From Planctomycetales bacterium (lineage in GTDB: Bacteria > 4484-113 > JAFGCY01), in assembly GCA_022646745.1 (NCBI GenBank), contig CP060262.1, forward strand, positions 2,310,001 to 2,342,000: DNA of 32,000 nucleotides, read 5' to 3'. Within the stretch, counting starts at the first letter, position 1. Every line of letters starts with the position of its first letter. Both the position numbers and the translations under genes were made by a program. Shown one piece after another: positions 25,104-32,000 of the stretch. The notes beneath the pieces are model-generated. The model made no database searches. It was not told the origin of the DNA and worked only from the letters and a program-made list of their open reading frames with translations.

Positions 25104-26465
25104 ATGGAGAGGCAAGGCAGCGACAAGCGGACGGTGCGCACCATCAGGTGGGCGGCGGCACTGCTGTGCCTGATTGCCATCCTGTCCAGTGCGGTCCCTG
25201 CCAGCGCAGCCGACACGGTTGAGTCCGTTGCCGTGCTGCTCAGGTTTGAGGGTGGCTTCGTCGGCAACGAGACGATGTCCCGGCTGGATGAGGCCCTGAC
25301 CGCAACTGCCCAGGTTGCCATCATGGAGCAGCTCGGTGGCGACCTGGACTACATCCTGCGCAACAGCGGTGAGGTGAGCGGCATCCTGTCCGATGTGGTG
25401 GACAGTGCGCTGGAGAGCCGCGGCTTCGACCTCGTGGAACTGTCCCTCGATCCCGGCGTGCGCACCACCGTCAACCTGACACTGCGCATCGCTGAGCAGC
25501 GCGTCAGCGCCTTCACCGTGGACTTCCATGTTATGGGCAATGTGCCGCGCATCAACGATTCACTCGGCGAAGATGAACAGCGTGTGGTCAACCGTCTGTA
25601 TGAGACCCTGGCCAGCACACCCTACGATGACAAGTCCTGGCTGACCTCACTCGTGCATGACACGGTGGCGGACGAGCTGTCCCGCATGCCGGCCTATGCG
25701 GACTTCGACCACAGCATCGTGACGGAGCCGGGTGAAACCACCCGGGTTGTTGTCAGTTTCGAGCCCCGGCCGGATGCGCTGCTCGTCAGTGACTTCAGCA
25801 TCAGCATCCGTAGCCTGACGCTCACCAACCTGCAGCTGCGCCCGGCGCGTGACAGCCTGGCCTACTACCTGCAGTCCTTCGTGGACCTGCCGGTCAGCTT
25901 CGTCAGCAACAAGCTGAGCCATTACCAGCAGGGGGCGATGAGCTACCTGAACAACAACTGTTCGCTGGTGGCGCAGTGCCCGGATTCCACGCTCAGCCTG
26001 CGGGTCAACACCTGCACGATCGAAGCCTGGATCAACCTGGACTCCACGCGCTTCCTGTATGACGCACAGATCCGGCTCGACCTCTGGGAGCACAGCGAAT
26101 ATGACATCCACGGCCGGCTCAGTGCCGGCGGTGGTCGCTTCATCGGTGGTCGCTGGGCTGCCTACTTCCATGCCGATTACCATCCTGGACTGGAACGGGT
26201 AAACCCGATGATCGGCGTCGCGCGCCAGCTCGGTCCGCAGACCCTGTTGAGCGCCGGCTATGACCTGCAGGCGGAAAGCATGCGCCTTCGGGGTGAGCAC
26301 CACCTGCGCCGCGATGTGTACTTCAGCGCGGACATCTTCACGGAAGACGACTGGGACTACCTGAGTGAGCTCGCCGTGCACTACCGACTGCATGACATAT
26401 ATGAGCTACAATTGGTGTCAACCATGGACGGAGAAGTGTTCGCTGCAATTGCTGCTGACCTGTAG
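25104..26465 (+). CDS. Hypothetical exported protein in the position normally held by skp/ompH
   Basis: 453-aa ORF. Signal peptide AAALLCLIAILSSAVPASA-AD. One POTRA-like beta-alpha-alpha-beta-beta stretch (VSAFTVDFHVMGNVPRINDSL...TRVVVSFEPRP). C-terminal part with alternating hydrophobic pattern. No family recognised. Confidence 0.65.
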   Translation: MERQGSDKRTVRTIRWAAALLCLIAILSSAVPASAADTVESVAVLLRFEGGFVGNETMSRLDEALTATAQVAIMEQLGGDLDYILRNSGEVSGILSDVVDSALESRGFDLVELSLDPGVRTTVNLTLRIAEQRVSAFTVDFHVMGNVPRINDSLGEDEQRVVNRLYETLASTPYDDKSWLTSLVHDTVADELSRMPAYADFDHSIVTEPGETTRVVVSFEPRPDALLVSDFSISIRSLTLTNLQLRPARDSLAYYLQSFVDLPVSFVSNKLSHYQQGAMSYLNNNCSLVAQCPDSTLSLRVNTCTIEAWINLDSTRFLYDAQIRLDLWEHSEYDIHGRLSAGGGRFIGGRWAAYFHADYHPGLERVNPMIGVARQLGPQTLLSAGYDLQAESMRLRGEHHLRRDVYFSADIFTEDDWDYLSELAVHYRLHDIYELQLVSTMDGEVFAAIAADL

Positions 26466-26489
26466 CCTGCAGCGTTCCGGCAGGTAAGG

Positions 26490-27689
26490 ATGAAGACGCT
26501 CGCTCAACTGGCAACTCTGACCGGCGGAAAGGTGAAGGGGGATGGGGAACTTTCCATATCCGGATTCTGCAGCCTTGAATACCCGAGGCCGGGCCATATC
26601 AGCTACATGGAGAAGCTCAAGGACGCCTCGAGCCTGTCCGACACGAACATTGCCGCGCTGATCACCACCGAGAGCCTGGCCGGGCATTTCACCAATGTGC
26701 TGATCCATCCCAATCCGCGACTGGCCTTCATCTCCGTGATGGAGGAGTTCATCGGCCCGCAGGCTGATGCACAGGGCTTCATCCATCCGCGCGCCGTGGT
26801 GGAGGAAGGTGCAGAGGTCCATCCGACCGCCCGTATCTCCGCCTGCGCCGTGATCAGCCCGGGCGTGCGCATCGGAGCCCGCACATTCATCGGTGCCGGC
26901 GTATATGTCGGCAAGGATGCGGTGCTCGGTGAGGACTGCTTCATCCATGCCAATGTCTCGATCTACAGCCGCAGCCAGCTTGGCAACCGTGTGGAGATCC
27001 ATGCCGGCACGACGATCGGCAGCGCGGGCTTCGGCTACCTGCCGACCAGTGAGGGCCACCGCCGCTTCCCGCAGGTCGGTGACGTGATCATCGAGGATGA
27101 CGTGGACATCGGCGCCAACTGCTGCATCGACCGCGCAGCGCTGGACAGCACCGTGATCCACAGCGGTACGAAGATTGACAACCTGGTGCAGATCGCGCAC
27201 GGCGTGAGCATCGGAACAAACACGGTGATTGCAGCCCAGACGGGCATCAGCGGCGGTACCAGCATCGGCAAGTGGTGCGTGATCGGCGGCCAGGCCGGCT
27301 TCCAGGGCCATATCACGGTCGGTGACCAGTCGATCGTGGCGGCCCAGAGCGGCGTGTTCAACAGCCTGGAGTACAAGAGCAAGGTTTCCGGCTACCCGGC
27401 CAAGCCGCATGGCCAGAGCCTCAAGGTGCTGGCGCTGACCTTCAAGCTGCCGCAGCTGGTGGAGAAGGTCAAGAGCATGGAGATCGACCTCGACCTGCTG
27501 TCCGGCGAGCTCAAGAGCCTGCGCAAGCGCGGTGCCAGCCCGGTTGCCAGCGGGGAAGCCACGCCGGAAGGCATGGCTGGCCTTGCCGAGAAGGTCCACG
27601 GCATCGAAATGGACCTCGAGCTGATCCGCAGCGAGCTGCATTCCCTGCGCAGCGACAATGGCGACCCCCCGACCGAAGGCAGCGCGTAA
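26490..27689 (+). CDS. lpxD: UDP-3-O-acylglucosamine N-acyltransferase LpxD with extended C-terminus
   Basis: N-terminal LAQLATLTGGKVKGDG. Left-handed beta-helix hexapeptide repeats (IHPRAVVEEGAEVHPTARISACAVISPGVRIGARTFIGAGVYVG...). FGY...G...P..G.VIIEDDVDIGANCCIDRA motif. Position after bamA. Confidence 0.9.
   Translation: MKTLAQLATLTGGKVKGDGELSISGFCSLEYPRPGHISYMEKLKDASSLSDTNIAALITTESLAGHFTNVLIHPNPRLAFISVMEEFIGPQADAQGFIHPRAVVEEGAEVHPTARISACAVISPGVRIGARTFIGAGVYVGKDAVLGEDCFIHANVSIYSRSQLGNRVEIHAGTTIGSAGFGYLPTSEGHRRFPQVGDVIIEDDVDIGANCCIDRAALDSTVIHSGTKIDNLVQIAHGVSIGTNTVIAAQTGISGGTSIGKWCVIGGQAGFQGHITVGDQSIVAAQSGVFNSLEYKSKVSGYPAKPHGQSLKVLALTFKLPQLVEKVKSMEIDLDLLSGELKSLRKRGASPVASGEATPEGMAGLAEKVHGIEMDLELIRSELHSLRSDNGDPPTEGSA
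27456..27527 (+). repeat. LpxD C-terminal helix, copy 1 (LVEKVKSMEIDLDLLSGELKSLRK)
   Basis: Repeated 126 nt (42 aa) downstream. Shared nucleotide strings GAGAAGGTC and GACCTCGA. Confidence 0.6.
27582..27653 (+). repeat. LpxD C-terminal helix, copy 2 (LAEKVHGIEMDLELIRSELHSLRS)
   Basis: In-frame duplication of copy 1, separated from it by a Pro/Gly/Ala linker. Confidence 0.6.
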
Positions 27690-27768
27690 CCCCCCCCCTC
27701 CCTAAAGCTACGCACCTCCCACGCCGATAAGTCCCCCATAAAGGCCATGCGCCGCCGAAGAGGGGCCT

Positions 27769-29667
27769 ATGTGGGTACGTGCATCCATCCTGATCCTGTT
27801 GATTTGCATCCTGAGTGCTTGCTCCACAACGCGTGCCGGTGATCCCGTCGAATTGCAGTCCGCCCAGGGGCAGGTGCTTGAACGCTTCCCGGGCACCGAA
27901 GCAAGTCTGCCGCGCAGTGCGATGATTGCCGGAGCGCTGCCGGCTGATGCCGGCAACCTGCTTGCGCGCAGTGCCAGTGCCGGCCCGGCCAATGGCGGTA
28001 TCATGCTGAACAGCGATGCTGACACTTCCAGCTGGGTGATCTGGGGCTGGTATGGACTTAGTTCGACCGTATTCCCTGAACGAATCAAGGTCCAGCTGCA
28101 GGCCCAGGACGAGCCGGTCCACATCCTGCTGGCGGATTTCGCACTGAAGCGCTGGCGTACCTACGAACCGGTTGAAGGCGCAGAAATCGAACTGGCCCCG
28201 CAGGACTTCTGTGACCGGGTGATCGGGCGTGACGGCCTGTTCTACGTGGCGGTGCTGGCCAGCGGCGGCAGCCAGCCGATTGTCAACGGCGTGGAACTGT
28301 CCACCAGCAACATCATCGAGATGCCTGCCCCGGCCCTGTGGACCACGGCCAGCCAGGGCGGCTATCCCTCCGAGATACATGTCGACTGGGAACCCACGCC
28401 GCTGTCCAGTGGTTGGACGATGAGGCGTGAGGACTGCGGCAGCGGCACATACAGTGAGTTCCCGGTGGAATGCTGCTCGTACATAGATCAGGATGTCGAA
28501 CCCGGCCGGATCTACCGCTACAGTGTCATCAACTACAACCTGCACGGGGAGGCCAGCTCCGGTCCGCCGGCGCTTGGCTATGCCGGAACGATCAGCGGTG
28601 CCAGGCTGACCGGCCTGCTACAGTACGATGATGACCACCCGGCGGCGGGGATCAGCCTGCAGCTTGGCAACGGGATGCTGGTTGGCAGCACTGACTGGCA
28701 GGGCCGGTTCCGCTTCAGCGGGGTCAGCCCCGGTCTCTGGACTCTCTGGCTGCTGGCGGATGGCCAGCGCGAAAAGCTCGGGCAGTACGCCTTCAGCGGC
28801 GCGGATGTGGATGCCGGCACGATTGAGCTGCCGCAGGGCGGCACGCCCCAGCTGGGCTGGCACTGGATCTACCCGCCGCGGAACCTCTACGTATCATCTG
28901 CAACTGACGACAGCGTGACCCTGAAGTGGGACAGCGCTGATCGGGCGACAACCTATGAAGTCTACCGTGGCCGCTTCACCGACCCCTACTGGGCTGAGCT
29001 GCAGGCCAGCACTGAACTGACGAGCATAGCCCTGCTGGACCAGGGCAACGGCCAGTACTACTACTGGGTGCGCAGCCGCGAAGAACTGCCCGGGTTCATG
29101 CGCGTCAGCGCGGTTGGCAGGGCCTGCGGGCACCTGTTCCCGGACAAGGGACTGCTGCCGGACACGATCTATGCAGTGCCGGACAGGACCCAGGTGCTCG
29201 CCGGTGAGGAAGTGACCTTCACCGTCAAGGCACACAAGACGGCGCATCCACTCAACTTCGTCAACAGTGTGCGCGTGACCTTCGAGGAAGGCAACGATTT
29301 CGTGGCGGGCAGCTTCAACCCGGGCAGTGTCGGCGGCAGCAGTGACACCGTGGACGGCCTGTGGAAGCTGGTTGCGCCGACCGATGGTTTCCTGCCGCTT
29401 GACAGCGAGGTGCTGGGCCAGCAGGACCCGATCAACGGGCGCTTTGTGATTGACTTCAACGTCACTCCGCTCGGTGGCAGCGAAGTGCTGAATGCCACCG
29501 GGGAGCTGTTCAACTTCCGCCTGCGGGTCTATACCGATGTGACAATGTCATTCCAGACAAGCAACGACCTGCTGCGGACGTACTATTCCGACGGCACGCA
29601 GATGCACGAGAATGTCTGGACGCATGATGACAACATGGGCATGCCCGTTGTGCGTGTGATCGACTAG
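27769..29667 (+). CDS. Multidomain lipoprotein: lipobox, unknown beta domain, FN3-like, CarboxypepD_reg-like, FN3, cohesin-like C-terminal domain
   Basis: 632-aa ORF. Lipobox ILSAC (Cys18). GRFRFSGVSPGLWTLWL (carboxypeptidase-regulatory-like fold motif). FN3-like PRNLYVSSATDDSVTLKWDSADRATTYEVYRG...YYYWVRS. The C-terminal 170 aa have a cohesin-like pattern (see findings). Confidence 0.75.
   Translation: MWVRASILILLICILSACSTTRAGDPVELQSAQGQVLERFPGTEASLPRSAMIAGALPADAGNLLARSASAGPANGGIMLNSDADTSSWVIWGWYGLSSTVFPERIKVQLQAQDEPVHILLADFALKRWRTYEPVEGAEIELAPQDFCDRVIGRDGLFYVAVLASGGSQPIVNGVELSTSNIIEMPAPALWTTASQGGYPSEIHVDWEPTPLSSGWTMRREDCGSGTYSEFPVECCSYIDQDVEPGRIYRYSVINYNLHGEASSGPPALGYAGTISGARLTGLLQYDDDHPAAGISLQLGNGMLVGSTDWQGRFRFSGVSPGLWTLWLLADGQREKLGQYAFSGADVDAGTIELPQGGTPQLGWHWIYPPRNLYVSSATDDSVTLKWDSADRATTYEVYRGRFTDPYWAELQASTELTSIALLDQGNGQYYYWVRSREELPGFMRVSAVGRACGHLFPDKGLLPDTIYAVPDRTQVLAGEEVTFTVKAHKTAHPLNFVNSVRVTFEEGNDFVAGSFNPGSVGGSSDTVDGLWKLVAPTDGFLPLDSEVLGQQDPINGRFVIDFNVTPLGGSEVLNATGELFNFRLRVYTDVTMSFQTSNDLLRTYYSDGTQMHENVWTHDDNMGMPVVRVID
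29161..29664 (+). other. Candidate cohesin-like beta-sandwich domain (aa 465-632)
   Basis: VLAGEEVTFTVKAHKTAHPLNFVNSVRVTFEEGNDFVAGSFNPGSV and ATGELFNFRLRV match, in spacing and hydrophobic pattern, the cohesin segments kpGdtVripV....gia..dF...Ydpnvle....epGdii and kdGvfatI.akVk. Eye-level similarity only. Confidence 0.3.
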
Positions 29668-29676
29668 CGCGCTGGC

Positions 29677-30084
29677 TCAGTAGATGCGCTGGTTGCTGTC
29701 ATCCAGGTTCTGCAGGAAGAAGGCTGTGTCCGTGAAGAACTCCAGCAGTGCTTCCTTCTGGATGCCAGCTATCCCGACCTCGTCCAGCGCGGCATTCATG
29801 TGCTCCAGCCAGCGCTCGGCCGCGCGCTTCGTGATCGGGAAACTCGCATGCCGTGCCCTGAGCGCCGGATGGCCCTTGCGCGCGGAGTAGATCTGCGGCC
29901 CGCCCAGCCGCTGGGCGAAGAATTCATACTGGTTCTGGATCGCCGAGTCCATGTCGTCAGGGAACATGTTGCGGAACCAGGGGTCCTCGTCCGCATAGAC
30001 ACGGGTGTAGAAGGCGGTGCTCAGCTCGACCAGCTTCGGCAGGCCGAGTTCCTCGAACAGGTTGTGGTTGTCAATCTTGAACAT
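29677..30084 (-). CDS. glbO: Group II truncated hemoglobin (trHbO / YjbI-like globin)
   Basis: 135 aa. LFEELGG-like start (LFEELGLPKLVELSTAFYTRVYADE), FFAQRLGGPQIYSARKGHPALRARHASFPI and AAERWLEHMNAAL are the hallmark trHb group II segments. Confidence 0.8.
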   Translation of the reverse strand: MFKIDNHNLFEELGLPKLVELSTAFYTRVYADEDPWFRNMFPDDMDSAIQNQYEFFAQRLGGPQIYSARKGHPALRARHASFPITKRAAERWLEHMNAALDEVGIAGIQKEALLEFFTDTAFFLQNLDDSNQRIY

Positions 30085-30105
30085 GAATCTGCTTCCGCGG
30101 CGGAC

Positions 30106-31353
30106 CTAGCCATGCACCTGCACGCCGGCGGATACCTCGATGTGGATGATGCGGCCGTTGCAGATTGTAAGGCAGGACCGGCCGTTGTCCAGCACGGCGC
30201 CGAAAACCGAGTCGAAATCATCCGCAGTGTCATCCGGGATCCTGAACGCGGCGAGGTCAGCGATGTAGGACGTGCACAGGCTGCCCAGCTCATGCTGGGC
30301 ATTGATCACCGCCAGACCGTTGCGCGTCACCATGGAGAACAGGGCCTGTAGCGGCAGTCCGGGGAAGTTGTCACGCACCAGCGACGCCTCGTGCAGCGGG
30401 GACAGCATGTCATTGCTCGCCAGGCTGTCAGTGCCCAGCGCCACGTTGATGCCGGCATCCAGCAGCTCCAGCAGCGGATGCTGCGGATGGCCGAAGTAGG
30501 CATGGCTGCGCGGGCAGTAGACGACCGTCGGACGCATGCGCTGCAGCACCGCAATGTCGCCGTCACTCAGGTAGTTCACGTGGATCGCCAGCGTGTGCTC
30601 GTCCAGGATGCCGTTGTCACCGTAGAACTGCACCGGTGACATCCCTGTGCCGCTGAAGTGCTCATTGCTGGTGCCCGCCAGTTCATGCAGGTGCTGGATC
30701 TCAGAGTCCTGCCCGTTGCGGATGAACTCGATCTCGCCGTTGAACTCGCTCATGTGCACGCTCAGCGGCACATGCGCCTCCGTTGCCAGCCTGCGGCAGG
30801 TGCGGGCCACGGCCAGGCTGGCAGTGTAAGGGGCATGCGGGGCATAGCCGAAGCGTGCGCGATTGCGGATCCGCTCGCCGTCCGGGTCGTCATTGTTGAA
30901 CTCGAAGCATTCCAGCAGCGGGATATGCCTGAGCCCGGTCAGTTCGATGCGGTCCCACTCCAGGTCCACCGTGTGGTGGTCAAACACCGTGGTGCAGCCT
31001 GACATTGCCAGCTGGCGGATGCTGTCCAGCGGAAAGGTGCTCAGCTGGTTGCCACGCTGCTTCTTCAGGTCCCGCACATGCTGCAGCCAGTCCACGAAGC
31101 TGCCGTTGAAGCTGGTCTGGCCCTGGCAGAACTCCAGCTCGAGGTGGGCATGGGAGTTGGTGAAGCCGGGGGTCAGCACCGCATTGCCAAGGTCGATGTC
31201 ACAGGGTGGTGCACCATGCACGTAGCCTTCGGAAATCGAGAGGATGCGGTTGCCGTCCGTCTCAAGCTGGACGTCACGCCTCAGGTCACCGGGTGCCACG
31301 AGTGCATACCTGGCCTTGATGATCAATGCTGCTCCTCCTCGCTGGGTCAGCAT
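30106..31353 (-). CDS. Amidohydrolase-superfamily metal-dependent deaminase/hydrolase (ATZ/TRZ-SsnA-like; possibly a nucleoside or aminofutalosine-type deaminase)
   Basis: 415 aa. HxH metal motif PGFTNSHAHLEL, later SVHMSE, HVNYL and ALGTDSLASN (Asp metal/catalytic motif). 21-nt gap to the globin gene, so likely co-transcribed. Confidence 0.75.
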   Translation of the reverse strand: MLTQRGGAALIIKARYALVAPGDLRRDVQLETDGNRILSISEGYVHGAPPCDIDLGNAVLTPGFTNSHAHLELEFCQGQTSFNGSFVDWLQHVRDLKKQRGNQLSTFPLDSIRQLAMSGCTTVFDHHTVDLEWDRIELTGLRHIPLLECFEFNNDDPDGERIRNRARFGYAPHAPYTASLAVARTCRRLATEAHVPLSVHMSEFNGEIEFIRNGQDSEIQHLHELAGTSNEHFSGTGMSPVQFYGDNGILDEHTLAIHVNYLSDGDIAVLQRMRPTVVYCPRSHAYFGHPQHPLLELLDAGINVALGTDSLASNDMLSPLHEASLVRDNFPGLPLQALFSMVTRNGLAVINAQHELGSLCTSYIADLAAFRIPDDTADDFDSVFGAVLDNGRSCLTICNGRIIHIEVSAGVQVHG

Positions 31354-31367
31354 CCATCATAGCAAAC

Positions 31368-32000
31368 TCAGCCGGTGCGGCGCTGCCTCTCCAGTGAGGG
31401 TTCAGTGTCGTGCCGCACGAGGTAGCCCTCATCCAGGCTGAGCATCGGGCGCTGTGGGACCTCAACCGGCGGCTCTACCCGGCTGCCGGCCCTGCGGTGC
31501 AGCAAGACGGAGAAGGCCGGCAGCCATGGCTGGGGAAGCCTGATGCCCCGCAGCTGCGGGACGGCGCGCCGGAATCGCTCAGCTAGCCTGTTGGCCAGTG
31601 CAAGCGGGGCCGCCAGCAGTGCATTGCCACAGATCAGGAGGGCTGCCAGCGAAAGCATGCCTGATTGCCACTGCGGATTGTCAGGCAGCAGCACCGGGCC
31701 GAATGCCAGCAATACCAGCAGTAGCGCAGTCGCGAGCAGCACCGATTGCCGTGGCCTTGGCTGCATGTTTATTGTCCAGCTGCGCAGCAGGTGTTCGCCC
31801 ACGACCAGTGCGAGCAGGATCACAAGCTCCAGCGCACTGCCCAGCAAGCGCTCGACGATCGGGACCGGGGGACGCAGGTGCACCATCAGCAGTGCCGTGA
31901 GCAGAAGCCAGGGCCAGGCCAGGCAGCGCCGCGAGAGGACGGTCATCAGCACGCCGGCGGCGAGGGCAAGGAAGATTGCATCACCGGTGAGCTGCAGCAG
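31368..32000 (-). CDS. Polytopic membrane protein, unknown function (N-terminus outside window)
   Basis: The reading frame stays open from 31952 to the window edge (…LLQLTGDAIFLALAAGVLMTV…). Several Leu/Ala-rich hydrophobic segments. 14-nt gap to the amidohydrolase gene. Confidence 0.5.
   Translation of the reverse strand: MLQLTGDAIFLALAAGVLMTVLSRRCLAWPWLLLTALLMVHLRPPVPIVERLLGSALELVILLALVVGEHLLRSWTINMQPRPRQSVLLATALLLVLLAFGPVLLPDNPQWQSGMLSLAALLICGNALLAAPLALANRLAERFRRAVPQLRGIRLPQPWLPAFSVLLHRRAGSRVEPPVEVPQRPMLSLDEGYLVRHDTEPSLERQRRTG

Noticed and set aside
23859-25529. 556-aa ORF antisense to bamA and ORF453. Related cases are 25647-26393, 26418-27641 and 27511-28545, antisense to ORF453, lpxD and the lipoprotein gene.
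   Set aside because: Same reasoning. The sense strand carries recognisable BamA and LpxD motifs, and the antisense translations are low-complexity Ala/Gly/Arg/Val strings.

Overview
High-GC bacterial chromosome segment from a diderm organism. My hand counts of 60-nt lines give about 62-70% GC in most genes. No rRNA, tRNA or CRISPR array was recognised.

Layout, left to right:
(1) The 3-prime 2.8 kb of a tricorn-type protease gene (propellers + PDZ + S41 peptidase).
(2) A strikingly regular head-to-tail array of four paralogous genes of about 1130 codons each. Starts are at 3383, 6843, 10295 and 13749, a period of about 3.45 kb. Each encodes a lipobox lipoprotein with a split dockerin-like double EF-hand module, an FN3-like domain, a Pro-rich hinge, five PKD domains and a C-terminal Asp-box (BNR-like) beta-propeller.
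(3) A second, full-length, signal-peptide-bearing tricorn-type protease paralog.
(4) An insertion of about 1.5 kb and lower GC (about 50%) carrying two phage-type genes (DUF6378-like; Bro-N/DinD-like). It appears to have integrated into the 3-prime end of the second tricorn gene. It is bounded by 19-nt imperfect direct repeats, and a relic of the original gene tail is still readable at the right junction.
(5) An outer-membrane biogenesis cluster: an unknown bitopic protein, a short 3-POTRA BamA, an unknown exported 453-aa protein in the usual skp position, and LpxD with a duplicated C-terminal helix. It is followed by a multidomain lipoprotein whose C-terminus looks cohesin-like.
(6) On the minus strand, a group-II truncated hemoglobin, an amidohydrolase and a partial polytopic membrane protein.

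The best candidate for an undescribed system is the protease-bracketed four-gene lipoprotein array, possibly partnered with the cohesin-like lipoprotein about 10 kb downstream. Within the array each gene has its own -10 box exactly 6 nt from the ATG (leaderless-type geometry). The 5-prime anchoring modules are conserved while the 3-prime heads are divergent and compositionally mosaic.

All domain calls come from motif recognition by eye, not from searches.
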